64,000 bases of DNA. It comes from an uncultured Christensenellaceae bacterium (GTDB lineage: Bacteria; Bacillota; Clostridia; Christensenellales; UBA3700). The stretch covers positions 66,317-130,316 of the forward strand of contig CALWHF010000003.1 of the NCBI GenBank assembly GCA_944380305.1, given 5' to 3'. The notes beneath the pieces are model-generated. The model was not told the origin of the DNA. It searched no databases and saw only the letters and a list, made by a program, of their open reading frames with translations. Positions 18,545-27,934 of this stretch are shown here, one piece after another. Position 1 is the first letter of the stretch, and each line of letters begins with the position of its first letter. Made by a program: the position numbers and the translations under genes.

Positions 18545-18827
18545 TATTTTTCTATATGATAATCTCCAAAATCCACCACAGTATGTCATATTAAACACAA
18601 TTTTCAGCCTTTTCGTAACAAATGCGGCGATAAAAATGCGAACATAACGTAAAATCCGACACGCGTAAAAAGCGTAGTCCGCGCGCGATACGCTCTCATC
18701 TCTTTCAAAATTAAGAAATAAATATTATTTTCAATAAATCCGATCATCTGCGGTCTCTTTCCCGACTTTTCTCGATAATCACAGTGCATGTCTCACCTGC
18801 CGTTTTCGATATTTTTACTGTTACGGC

Positions 18828-18853
18828 AAAAAAAATCCCCGCTGTCGCGGGGA
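18828..18853 (-). terminator. Rho-independent terminator of the ileS-methyltransferase-rluA transcription unit
   Basis: The minus strand reads TCCCCGC-gaca-GCGGGGA followed by T8, immediately downstream of the rluA-family stop. Confidence 0.8.
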
Positions 18854-18877
18854 TAGAATCGAATAGAAAAATTGCCG

Positions 18878-19654
18878 TCAATTCTGCGTCTTTGCAAAAT
18901 CGATATAGTTTTTCATGTTGCCGTACGGATCGGAGATGGCGGCGAAGTTGAGGTATCTTCCCAGCTCAAACGCCTTCCACGGAGACACGTCTTCGGGCGG
19001 ATATGCTATGAAAGCGAGCTTTTCGCCCGTGGTCGGATGCGTGAATCTGAGAACCGTCGCCCATAGTCCGAGATTGTGCTTGAGCGTGCGCTTGTCCGCA
19101 CCGTATTTTGCGTCGGCGAAAAGCGGCGTGCCGTTGAACGCCATCTGCGCGCGTATCTGATGCGATCTGCCCGTCAGCAATGTGACCTTGACGAGAGAAA
19201 AACCGTTCTTCGTCTCGAGCACGTTGTATTCGAGCTCAGCCTTCTTCGCGCCTTCGGTCATCATCGGGACGATCGAGACGGTGTTCGTCTTCTCGTTCTT
19301 CTTCAGATAATGAGTCAGAGAGCCGTTGAGCGGCTTGGGTTCTCCGCACGTCACGCAGAGATATTTTTTCTCGAAATCGCCGTTCTTGATCGCGTCGCAA
19401 AGTCTTTCTGCCGCCTTCGAAGTGCGTGCGAATACCATGACGCCGCCCGTAGGTCTGTCCAGTCTGTGAACGAGCCCGACGTAGACGTTACCCGGTTTGT
19501 CGTATTTGTTCTTTATGTATTCCTTGACGACGGAAAGCATATCCGCGTCGCCCGATTCGTCCGCCTGAGAGGGTACGTTCTGAGGCTTGAGCACTACGAT
19601 GATATGATTGTCCTCGTAAAGTACGTTCAGATCCTTATATCCGAAATCGGTCAT
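18878..19654 (-). CDS. RluA-family pseudouridine synthase
   Basis: The catalytic motif is VHRLDRPTGGVMVFART, and GRSHQIRAQ is also present. The start is at MTDFGYKD (ATG 19654), after GGAGGA, and overlaps the upstream stop as ATGA. Confidence 0.85.
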   Translation of the reverse strand: MTDFGYKDLNVLYEDNHIIVVLKPQNVPSQADESGDADMLSVVKEYIKNKYDKPGNVYVGLVHRLDRPTGGVMVFARTSKAAERLCDAIKNGDFEKKYLCVTCGEPKPLNGSLTHYLKKNEKTNTVSIVPMMTEGAKKAELEYNVLETKNGFSLVKVTLLTGRSHQIRAQMAFNGTPLFADAKYGADKRTLKHNLGLWATVLRFTHPTTGEKLAFIAYPPEDVSPWKAFELGRYLNFAAISDPYGNMKNYIDFAKTQN

Positions 19655-20514
19655 TTTATCCTCCAAAGCCCACTGCAACCGCAGGGCAAAACTATATTTT
19701 CGTCTGTCGGCAGTCCGAGCTCGTACGACTCGAATATGCCGCCCTTGTCTTTCAGGCACAGCCTGAGTATGTTTTCCGTTACCGTAGGTTGAAGACCCGT
19801 GGTATAGGAATTTATAAGCACGAACAAAGGCTTGTCCGACAGCAGTCTGACGCACTCGGTCACGAAGTCGAAAAGATTTTCTTCGAGCTTCCATACCTCG
19901 CCGTTGACTCCTCTGCCGTACGACGGCGGGTCCATCACGATCGCGTCGTAGACGTTGCCTCTTCTCTGTTCGCGCGCGACGAACTTCATACAGTCGTCCA
20001 CGATATAGCGTATCCTGTCTCCCGCTATCTCCGAAAGGCGTGCGTTTTCCTTTGCTCTGTCCACCATTGCTTTCGCCGCATCGACATGGGTAACGAACGC
20101 GCCCGCTTTTGCGCAGGCAACGGTCGCTCCTCCCGTGTACGCGAATAGGTTGAGGACTTTTATCTCTCTGTCCTCGCCCAAGATCAGCTGTTGCATTATA
20201 TCCCAGTTGACGGCTTGCTCGGGGAAAAGCCCCGTATGCTTGAACCCCATCAGCTTAAGCGAAAATTTCAAGCCCTTTCTCGACACGGTGAAGTTGTCGG
20301 GAACGCCCGACTTGTATTGCCAGCTACCGCCGCCGCTCGAAGATCTCTTGTAGACCGCGTTGATGCCTTTATGCGCCGCGAGTTCGGTCTGCTCGTGCCA
20401 TATTATCTGCGGGTCGGGGCGCAGGAGTACCAGCTTGCCCCAGCGTTCGAGCTTCATGCCGTCGCCGGTTGCAAGTATGCGGTAATCAGTCCAGCCCTCG
20501 GCTACTCTGATCAC
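19651..20514 (-). CDS. Class I SAM-dependent (rRNA-type) methyltransferase
   Basis: The SAM-binding stretch is VLNLFAYTGGATVACAKAGA and the catalytic-type motif is IVMDPPSYGRG, resembling the RlmI/RlmK/YwbD group. Confidence 0.7.
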   Translation of the reverse strand: MIRVAEGWTDYRILATGDGMKLERWGKLVLLRPDPQIIWHEQTELAAHKGINAVYKRSSSGGGSWQYKSGVPDNFTVSRKGLKFSLKLMGFKHTGLFPEQAVNWDIMQQLILGEDREIKVLNLFAYTGGATVACAKAGAFVTHVDAAKAMVDRAKENARLSEIAGDRIRYIVDDCMKFVAREQRRGNVYDAIVMDPPSYGRGVNGEVWKLEENLFDFVTECVRLLSDKPLFVLINSYTTGLQPTVTENILRLCLKDKGGIFESYELGLPTDENIVLPCGCSGLWRIK

Positions 20515-20515
20515 T

Positions 20516-23500
20516 TTACGCCTTCTTCACGACGAGAGTGACCTTTTCGCCGTTGATGTCCCACTCTTTGGTATAGCCGTCGAAGAGTCCGTTGACGAGC
20601 TTGTCGCAGAGCACGTCGCTCTGTATGCCCTTGTCGCTCGCGAGTACTCTCGCGCTGTCGCCCGTCGCCTCGTAGCCTACCTCGATGTGATCGACGACCT
20701 CGAATCCCGCTTCTTTTCTCATCGTCTGCAGCTTGGAAACAAGCTCTCTTGCGATACCTTCGTCGATAAGCTCGGGGGTCAGAGTCGTATCGATGACGAC
20801 GGTCATGCCGTTCTCGCTCTCGACGCTGTAACCGCTCTTGTTGACGGGATTTATCAGGAGGTCTTCCTCCGCAAGCTCCACTGTCGCACCGTCTGCCTCG
20901 AAAGAATATATCTTGCCCGCCCTTACGCGCTCGACTATCTCCGCCGCGTTGTCGCAGGTCGAAAGGAACTGCTTTATCGCGCCGAGGTGCTTGCCGTACT
21001 TGGGCCCCAGGGTCTTGAGCTGCGGTTTGAGTTCGTAGGTTATGAACTTGCTGCTGTCCTTTTCGAGAGCCACTTCCTTGACGTTGATCTCGTCTGCGAT
21101 ATACGCTACGACGGACTTATCCGCAAGCTCTTTGTCGGACAGCACGAACAGCTTTGAAAGCGGCTGTCTGTTCTTTATATTGACCTTGTTTCGGCACGCT
21201 CTGCCGAGTGCGACCGCGTGCAGTACGAAATCCATATCCGACTCGAGCGACTTGTCGATCGCGCTCTTGTCCGCCTCGGGGAACGCGCACAGGTGCACGC
21301 TCTCGGGCGCGTCCTTATAGAACGTGCGCACGAGGTTCTGATATATATTCTCGCTCATGAACGGAACGAACGGTGCGAGAACCTTGCTCATCGTGACGAG
21401 TATGTGATAAAGCGTCGTATAAGCCGCCGCCTTGTCGTCGGTCATCTCGCTGCCCCAGAAACGTTCGCGGCTTCTTCTGACGTACCAGTTCGACAGGTTG
21501 TCTGTGAACTCCTCTATCGCTCTCGCGGACTCGGTGATCTTATATTTTTCGAGATTTTCGTCTACTGCCGCGACGAGCGTGTTCAGGTTGGAAAGAGCCC
21601 ATCTGTCTATCTGCGACAGCTTGCACTTCTTCAGATCGTATTTTGTCGGGTCGTACTTGTCTATCTCCGCATACAGCACAAAGAAAGAATAGGTGTTCCA
21701 CAGCGTGCCCATGAACTTGCGCTGAGCCTCGGAGACGTTCTCCGCGCTGAAACGCGACGGGAGCCACGGTGCCGAAGAGCTGTAAAAATACCATCTGACC
21801 GCGTCCGCGCCCTGCTTGTCGAGCACGCTCCACGGATCGACGACGTTGCCCTTATGCTTGGACATCTTGATGCCGTTTTTATCGTTGACGTGACCGAGTA
21901 CTATACAGTTCTTGAACGGAGCGCGGTCGAATATCAGCGTAGATACCGCGAGCAGCGTATAGAACCAGCCTCTGGTCTGGTCGACAGCCTCGGATATGAA
22001 ATCCGCGGGGAACTGACTGTCGAAGATCTCTTTGTTCTCGAAAGGATAATGCCACTGAGCGAACGGCATGCTGCCGCTGTCGTACCAGCAGTCCATGACC
22101 TCGGGCGTGCGCTTCATCGTGCCGCCGCACTTGGGGCACTTGAAGGTTATCGGGTCGAGGTAGGGCTTGTGCAGTTCGATGTCTCCCTCGATACCCGCAA
22201 GCTCCTTGAGTTCCGCCTTGCTGCCGACGACGTGCATCTCGCCGCAGTCGGGGCATATCCATATCGGGAGCGGAGTGCCCCAGTATCTCTCTCTCGAGAC
22301 GCCCCAGTCGATGACGTTTTCGAGGAAGTTGCCCATTCTGCCCGTACCTATCGTGGGCGGCATCCAGTTGACGGTCGCGTTGTTCTTGAGAAGTCTGTCT
22401 CTGACCTCGGTCATCTTGATGAACCAGGTGCTTCTCGCATAATAAAGCAACGGAGTGTCGCAACGCCAGCAATACGGATAGCTGTGCTCGAACATCAGCT
22501 CTTTGAACAGCAGACCTTTTTCTTTGAGTTTCTCAATGACGAGCTTGTCGCCGTCCTTGACGAAAATACCTTCGAGATCGCCGGTCTCTTTCGTAAACTT
22601 GCCTCTGTCGTCTACCATCTGGACGAAAGGCAGATCGTAGTTTCTTCCCACGTTGGCGTCGTCTTCGCCGAATGCGGGAGCGATGTGTACGACGCCGCTG
22701 CCGTCGGTCAGGGTGACGTAGTTGTCGCAGGTGACGTAGAACGCCTTTTTATCGCCCTTATAGAAGTCGAAAAGCGGGATGTATTCTTCCCTCTCGTAAT
22801 CCTTTCCCTTCTTCGTTTCGAGGACTTCGTAGTTCTCGAACAGCGAAGGAGCGAGAGCCGCCGCGAGGACGTATATCTCGCCGTCTTCCGCCTTGATCCT
22901 GACGTAATCCTCGACGGGGTTCATACAGAGCGCGACGTTGGACGGGAGCGTCCACGGTGTCGTCGTCCATGCGAGGAAGTAACCGTCTGAATTCTTTATC
23001 TTGAACTTGACGAATATGGATTTTTCCTTGACAGTCTTGTAGCCCTGTGCAACCTCGTGAGAAGAAAGCGTGGTGCCGCAACGCGGGCAATACGGGACTA
23101 TCTTGTGTCCCTTGTAAAGCAGACCCGCCTCGGCAATCTTCTTGAGTGCCCACCACTCGGACTCGATATAGTTGTCGTCGTAGGTGATGTAGGGATGCTC
23201 CATATCCACCCAGTAACCGACGCGCTCGGACATTCTCTCCCACTCGCCTTTGTACTTCCAGACACTCTCTTTGCACTTCTGGATAAAAGGCTCGATGCCG
23301 TACTTCTCGATGTCCTGTTTGCCGTCCATGTTAAGGGACTTTTCGACCTCGAGCTCCACAGGCAGACCGTGAGTATCCCAGCCCGCCTTGCGGATGACGT
23401 AATAGCCTTTCATCGTCTTGTAACGCGGGATGATGTCTTTCATGACGCGCGTCAGGATATGTCCGATATGCGGCTTGCCGTTTGCCGTCGGGGGTCCGTC

Positions 23501-23632
23501 GTAGAACGAGAACGAAGGCTTACCTTCGTTCCGTTTTACGCTCTTTTCGAAAATCTTGTTTTCCTTCCAGAAATCGAGGACCTCTTTTTCTCTCGAACAG
23601 AAATCGAGGCTCGAGCTAACTTGTTTATACAT
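20516..23632 (-). CDS. ileS: Isoleucine--tRNA ligase, type 2 (long form)
   Basis: The 1038-aa protein has YDGPPTANGKPHIGH (HIGH motif) and KMSKHKGN (KMSKS motif). Its length and the PPTANG signature are typical of type 2 IleRS. Confidence 0.92.
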   Translation of the reverse strand: MYKQVSSSLDFCSREKEVLDFWKENKIFEKSVKRNEGKPSFSFYDGPPTANGKPHIGHILTRVMKDIIPRYKTMKGYYVIRKAGWDTHGLPVELEVEKSLNMDGKQDIEKYGIEPFIQKCKESVWKYKGEWERMSERVGYWVDMEHPYITYDDNYIESEWWALKKIAEAGLLYKGHKIVPYCPRCGTTLSSHEVAQGYKTVKEKSIFVKFKIKNSDGYFLAWTTTPWTLPSNVALCMNPVEDYVRIKAEDGEIYVLAAALAPSLFENYEVLETKKGKDYEREEYIPLFDFYKGDKKAFYVTCDNYVTLTDGSGVVHIAPAFGEDDANVGRNYDLPFVQMVDDRGKFTKETGDLEGIFVKDGDKLVIEKLKEKGLLFKELMFEHSYPYCWRCDTPLLYYARSTWFIKMTEVRDRLLKNNATVNWMPPTIGTGRMGNFLENVIDWGVSRERYWGTPLPIWICPDCGEMHVVGSKAELKELAGIEGDIELHKPYLDPITFKCPKCGGTMKRTPEVMDCWYDSGSMPFAQWHYPFENKEIFDSQFPADFISEAVDQTRGWFYTLLAVSTLIFDRAPFKNCIVLGHVNDKNGIKMSKHKGNVVDPWSVLDKQGADAVRWYFYSSSAPWLPSRFSAENVSEAQRKFMGTLWNTYSFFVLYAEIDKYDPTKYDLKKCKLSQIDRWALSNLNTLVAAVDENLEKYKITESARAIEEFTDNLSNWYVRRSRERFWGSEMTDDKAAAYTTLYHILVTMSKVLAPFVPFMSENIYQNLVRTFYKDAPESVHLCAFPEADKSAIDKSLESDMDFVLHAVALGRACRNKVNIKNRQPLSKLFVLSDKELADKSVVAYIADEINVKEVALEKDSSKFITYELKPQLKTLGPKYGKHLGAIKQFLSTCDNAAEIVERVRAGKIYSFEADGATVELAEEDLLINPVNKSGYSVESENGMTVVIDTTLTPELIDEGIARELVSKLQTMRKEAGFEVVDHIEVGYEATGDSARVLASDKGIQSDVLCDKLVNGLFDGYTKEWDINGEKVTLVVKKA

Positions 23633-23655
23633 TTTATCCTCCGTTTACGGAAAAT

Positions 23656-24927
23656 TTATTCCTCTTCCCGATCTTCCTCGCGAGGCGAAACGACGACTTC
23701 GCATTCGGAGATCTTCATGTGCTCCGTCTTCTTGACGGTGATCGTCAGGTTTTCGAACTGTATCGAATCGCCCATCTGCGGGACCTGACCCAGCTTGAGT
23801 ACGACGAAGCCCGAAAGACCCGTCGCATCGTATTTTTCGGCGTCGTCCTTGATCTCGAAGTAATCGAAGAAATCGATGAGATTGACGTCGCCCGCGACGA
23901 TATATTTGTTGTCTTCGACCTTTTTGAAAGACTCGACGACTCTGTCGTGCTCGTCCCATATATCTCCGACAAGCTCCTCGAGAATATCCTCGAGCGTGAC
24001 TATGCCCAGCGTGCCGCCGAACTCGTCGACGACAATCGCGATATGCGTCTTTGCCTTCTGAAGTTTTCTCAGAAGTCCCGAGATCTTCTCGAATGGCGTC
24101 GCATATATCAGGTTGTCGGATACGACTCCGTTTATCGATTTCGCGCCGCTGAGGTACGCGTTGTAGAAATCCTTTTCGTTGAGGACGCCTACGATATTGT
24201 CGATAGTGTCCTTATACACGGGCAGACGGCTGAAACCCGTCTCCTTGAAAATGCGGATCACGGTGTGCATGTCCGTGCCCTGCTTTACCGCCCTGACGTC
24301 CACTCTCGGGGTCAGGATGTCCACTACGGTCAGATCGTCGAATTCGATCGCGGAACGTATGAGGTCGCCCTCGTACTCGTCGATATTGCCGCCCGTCTGA
24401 GCCTCGTCCACTATCGTGATCAGCTCGTCGTCGGTGAAGTTTTCGTCGCTATTTTTCTTGAATATCTTGTTTATCAGTTTCTGCCACAAGCCGAACAGCC
24501 AGGTCAGTGGGAACAGGATATAACATACGAACTGCACCACACTTACCGTTGCCAGCGCGAAATATTCGGGACTTTTCTTTGCTATCGTCTTGGGCGATAT
24601 TTCGCCTAAGATCAGTATTCCTACCGTCATGACCACCGTCGAGACCGTGTTGGCTACGTTGGAATTTGCGATGAGAATGCCGAACAAGATGGTCGCAAGC
24701 GTGGTCGCCGTGATATTTACGATATTGTTACCGATCAGGATCGTGGATATAAAACGGTCGAAGTTGCTCTCCAGCTTCATGACGCGGGCAGCGCGCTTGT
24801 CTCCGTCGGCAGCCGCATTTTTCATTTTGATCTTGTTCAGAGAAGAAAACGCCGTCTCGGTCGCAGAAAAGAACGCGGACAGCATTATCAGGATAACGAT
24901 TGCTATAAGTAATAAAGGTACTTCCAT
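23656..24927 (-). CDS. CNNM/DUF21-CBS-CorC_HlyC family transporter (hemolysin-family protein)
   Basis: The N-terminus FFSATETAFSSLNKIKM marks DUF21, and tandem CBS and a CorC C-terminal domain follow. The stop lies only 23 nt upstream of ileS. Confidence 0.8.
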   Translation of the reverse strand: MEVPLLLIAIVILIMLSAFFSATETAFSSLNKIKMKNAAADGDKRAARVMKLESNFDRFISTILIGNNIVNITATTLATILFGILIANSNVANTVSTVVMTVGILILGEISPKTIAKKSPEYFALATVSVVQFVCYILFPLTWLFGLWQKLINKIFKKNSDENFTDDELITIVDEAQTGGNIDEYEGDLIRSAIEFDDLTVVDILTPRVDVRAVKQGTDMHTVIRIFKETGFSRLPVYKDTIDNIVGVLNEKDFYNAYLSGAKSINGVVSDNLIYATPFEKISGLLRKLQKAKTHIAIVVDEFGGTLGIVTLEDILEELVGDIWDEHDRVVESFKKVEDNKYIVAGDVNLIDFFDYFEIKDDAEKYDATGLSGFVVLKLGQVPQMGDSIQFENLTITVKKTEHMKISECEVVVSPREEDREEE

Positions 24928-24968
24928 ATTTACCCTAAAAAGGGTCTCCTTGATAAATTTTTTATTAT

Positions 24969-24997
24969 ATTATACATAAATTTGCGCGCATTGTAAA
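24969..24997 (-). promoter_or_regulatory. Sigma-A-type promoter for the CNNM-ileS unit
   Basis: The minus strand reads TTTACA, a 17-nt spacer, then TATAAT. Confidence 0.5.
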
Positions 24998-25035
24998 GGA
25001 AAAATCGCAAATATCTCAAAAGGGCGGGGTTTCCC

Positions 25036-25269
25036 TCACCCTATTTTTGTGTAACCGCTCCCGCGGATCTCGTATATCGTCGCGTCCGTCGGGCAAAGTG
25101 CCGACGCTACGCTTCTGGAAGACGCGCTCACCCTGACGCTCAGCCCGCAGCTCGCAGACAGCGCGCGCGGAGTGTTGACCACCTTGCCGTATACGCCGTA
25201 TTTCGCGAGCTTCGAATTGAAAGTCAGAGCGTCGTTTCTGGAGCGGAAGACGACTATAATATCGTTCAT
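25036..25269 (-). CDS. DUF3343-type small protein (putative Se/S carrier-like)
   Basis: The 77-aa product is MNDIIVVFRSRNDALTFNSKLAKYGVYGKVVNTPRALSASCGLSV.... It is divergently paired with a class V aminotransferase, which is the usual context for this family. Confidence 0.6.
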   Translation of the reverse strand: MNDIIVVFRSRNDALTFNSKLAKYGVYGKVVNTPRALSASCGLSVRVSASSRSVASALCPTDATIYEIRGSGYTKIG

Positions 25270-25347
25270 AGGCTTCTCCCGGGTAATAAAATGTACTCCG
25301 CTCCTAATACAATATATTGTCATCAAGGACTGAACGTGAGGTGTTTT

Positions 25348-26490
25348 ATGATTTATCTCGACAATGCCGCTACTTCAAAATTCAAACCCAAGTGTATGTT
25401 CGACGCGATGTTCTGCCAGCTCGGCGACAGCGCGAACCCGGGGCGCGGCGGACACAACGACAGCATCGACTGCGCGATCAAGATAGCCGACGCACGCGAA
25501 TATCTCGCGTCTGCGGCAGGTGCGGACGACGGTTACGAACTCGTATTCACGAGCGGCTGCACCGAGGCTCTGAACCTCGCGATATTCGGCTATCTTCAAT
25601 CGGAAAGAGGCGGCAACGCAGTGACTACGGTATTCGAGCACAATTCGGTGCTCCGCCCTCTCAACAAACTGCTCGGGGACGGCGTGATAGACGGGATCAG
25701 GTACGCCGAGCCGTCAGACCCGTCGCACCGTATCAGTGCCGGGGACATTGAAAAACTCGTGGACGGAAACACGAGACTAATCGTCATCAATCATGTCTCC
25801 AACGTAACGGGAGCGGCCGCGGACGTAGAAGGCATCGGCGCGTTCGCCGCAAGCAGAGGCATCCCCTTCCTCGTCGATTCGGCACAGTCGTTCGGGCACA
25901 AAAAGATAGACGTGAAAAAATGCAATATCTCCATGCTAGCCGCGGCGGGACACAAAGGTCTGCACGGCAGTCAGGGCACGGGATTTCTTATTTTCTCCAA
26001 GGATCTGAAGATAAAGCCTATACGTTTCGGCGGCACGGGGACTTTCAGCGAAAGTCTCGCTCAGCCCGAAGAACCGCCCGAGGGTCTCGAAAGCGGCACG
26101 CTCAATACGGCGGGCATAATAGGTACGGGAGCTGCGGCGAAATGGACAATGGAAAATTTTGCCGAAATAAACCGCCACGTCGCATATCTTTCCTCTCAGA
26201 TGCTGTACGGTCTCAGCAAGATACCCGGGATCGTAGTCTACACCAAGACGCTCTCCGACGTCATAGCCTTCAACGTAGGGAAAGTAGATTCGACAGACGT
26301 AGCGGACTATCTCAACGACAACGACGTCGCGGTCAGGAGCGGTCTTCATTGCGCTCCGCTCGCACACAGATTTTTAGGCACGGAAAAACAGGGCGCGGTC
26401 AGGATCTCGATAGGATACAACAACAATGCCTATCACGTTTCCCGCACTCTCGAAGTATTGCAAAAATTTTGCAAATTGTCGCGCCCGTGA
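25348..26490 (+). CDS. Class V aminotransferase / cysteine desulfurase family protein
   Basis: The product begins MIYLDNAATSKFKP, and the region MLAAAGHKGLHG carries the PLP-lysine context. GAGGTG precedes the ATG at 25348. Confidence 0.8.
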   Translation: MIYLDNAATSKFKPKCMFDAMFCQLGDSANPGRGGHNDSIDCAIKIADAREYLASAAGADDGYELVFTSGCTEALNLAIFGYLQSERGGNAVTTVFEHNSVLRPLNKLLGDGVIDGIRYAEPSDPSHRISAGDIEKLVDGNTRLIVINHVSNVTGAAADVEGIGAFAASRGIPFLVDSAQSFGHKKIDVKKCNISMLAAAGHKGLHGSQGTGFLIFSKDLKIKPIRFGGTGTFSESLAQPEEPPEGLESGTLNTAGIIGTGAAAKWTMENFAEINRHVAYLSSQMLYGLSKIPGIVVYTKTLSDVIAFNVGKVDSTDVADYLNDNDVAVRSGLHCAPLAHRFLGTEKQGAVRISIGYNNNAYHVSRTLEVLQKFCKLSRP

Positions 26491-26502
26491 TTGTTAAAGC
26501 AA

Positions 26503-26784
26503 TTATTTTTCTTTCAGCGCGCGGATAAGGGTCTCCAGTTTCGCGCGCTGTTTTTCATCGAGCATTCCTTTGACCGTATTGTAGAAACCGATCAGTTTTT
26601 CGTCAGAAAGCTCTCCTTTTCTCCTTGCTTCGGCCGCCGTGAAAAACAGCTCGTCGAGCAGCTCTTCCTGCGACATCGAGGAATAACTCTCCACCTTCTT
26701 TGCGATCTCATCTTCTCCCGAAAAGGTCGCGCCCGCGTTTACGTTTGAATATCCCCTGTAAAATCCCGCGCTTTTCTTTTTCAT
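26503..26784 (-). CDS. Hypothetical small protein (93 aa)
   Basis: The ORF is intact and encodes a helical, charged C-terminal half. No family was recognised. Confidence 0.4.
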   Translation of the reverse strand: MKKKSAGFYRGYSNVNAGATFSGEDEIAKKVESYSSMSQEELLDELFFTAAEARRKGELSDEKLIGFYNTVKGMLDEKQRAKLETLIRALKEK

Positions 26785-26867
26785 GTTCCACCTCTTTTTT
26801 TATTTTATGCCGCGTTTCTTTGAGGCGTGAAGGTAATTTTTTCCGCGGGTCGGGCATAATCTTCAGT

Positions 26868-27113
26868 ATGGATTACAGAGACATAATCAAAGCTCTTTCG
26901 TCGGGAAAATCCGCACCCGACCTGACCTCGGTCATTTCGTCGATAACGGGCAACGGCAGCGACATGAGTTCCCTCCTTCCCGTCATGCTGAAAGCAATGC
27001 AGAAAGGAGACGCAAACAAGGTGTTTACCGAAACGGCGTCCGAGATAAAACCGTCCGACGAAGACGTGAACGAGGCGTTGAAAAAGCTTTCAGAATCTGA
27101 AAAAACAGAATAG
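26868..27113 (+). CDS. Hypothetical small protein (81 aa)
   Basis: The product begins MDYRDIIKALSSGKS.... The start was chosen at the internal ATG at 26868. No family was recognised. Confidence 0.35.
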   Translation: MDYRDIIKALSSGKSAPDLTSVISSITGNGSDMSSLLPVMLKAMQKGDANKVFTETASEIKPSDEDVNEALKKLSESEKTE

Positions 27114-27174
27114 ATCCGATACCGTTGCGGGACTTACCTTATTGCGAGCAGGGAGATCTATGCGTTTTGCAGGT

Positions 27175-27211
27175 AAAAAAGCGCGCCCCGAAAGACGCGC
27201 GCTATTTTTTT
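27175..27211. terminator. Bidirectional terminator between convergent genes
   Basis: AGCGCGC pairs with GCGCGCT around a 10-nt loop. A6 lies upstream and T7 downstream. Confidence 0.7.
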
Positions 27212-27229
27212 GCAAAAACTCGTCGACGT

Positions 27230-27934
27230 TTAAGACGCGATTATCGCGGCTTTTATCTCGGCGGCTTTTTCCGCAAGATACGCAAGATCCTTCTCCCTCT
27301 CTCCCCTCGGTCTTTCTATCACCGTTTCGCGAAGTATTCTGCAAGGGCTGCCGCCGAGCACCACGGCTCTGTCGGCGAGAGAGACGGCTTCTTCGACACT
27401 GTGAGAGACTATTACCGCGCATTTTCCCGATCTCTCGAACAGCTTTACGAAATACTTTTCGAGAGCGTCCGCAGTCGCCACGTCCAGACTCTTGAACGGT
27501 TCGTCCGTGATGAGCAGTTCCGACGGATAACAAAACGCCCGAGCGAGCGAGACTCGCGCCGCCTGCCCTCCGCTGAGCGTGTGCGGATACCTGTCCGACA
27601 TCCCTTCGAGACCGACCGCCGCGAGAGCTTCTTCGGCAAGCCTTTCCGCCTCCTTCCTGTCCTTGTACAGATGCGACGTCGCAAACAATACGTTGCCTTT
27701 TGCCGTCAGCGACGGGATCAGCCTGTCTTCCTGAAACATATACGAAACGCTTTCCGCGCCCCGTATCTCTCCCCCGTGCTGTATCAGCCCCGCTATCGAG
27801 TTGAGGAGCGTAGTCTTTCCGCACCCCGATCTGCCCAACACGCAAAGTATTTCCCTGTCTCCGACTTCGAGAGAAAAATCGTCGAATACCATTTTATCCC
27901 CGTATTTCACGCAAAGGTTTTTTATCTCAAGCAT
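27230..27934 (-). CDS. ABC transporter ATP-binding protein (nitrate/sulfonate/bicarbonate, SsuB/TauB-like)
   Basis: Walker A is GRSGCGKTT, the signature is LSGGQAARV, and Walker B is LLITDEP. Confidence 0.85.
   Translation of the reverse strand: MLEIKNLCVKYGDKMVFDDFSLEVGDREILCVLGRSGCGKTTLLNSIAGLIQHGGEIRGAESVSYMFQEDRLIPSLTAKGNVLFATSHLYKDRKEAERLAEEALAAVGLEGMSDRYPHTLSGGQAARVSLARAFCYPSELLITDEPFKSLDVATADALEKYFVKLFERSGKCAVIVSHSVEEAVSLADRAVVLGGSPCRILRETVIERPRGEREKDLAYLAEKAAEIKAAIIAS

Noticed and set aside
6836-18650. A possible att-like direct repeat ATGCGAACA near both ends of the phage-like cassette (about 6837 and about 18634).
   Set aside because: Only 9 nt match and the flanks diverge immediately. 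A chance match of this length between two regions of a few hundred nt is not improbable, so it is not used as evidence for integration.
18604-18789. A 61-aa minus-strand ORF in the intergenic region between the regulator gene and rluA.
   Set aside because: It has no SD, an odd composition and no recognisable family. It lies in an AT-rich non-coding stretch, so it is probably not a gene.
23633-25035. A T-box leader was expected upstream of ileS.
   Set aside because: Only 23 nt separate ileS from the upstream CNNM gene, and only about 100 nt lie upstream of that gene. There is no T-box sequence (GGGTGGTACCGCG-like) or specifier-loop architecture.
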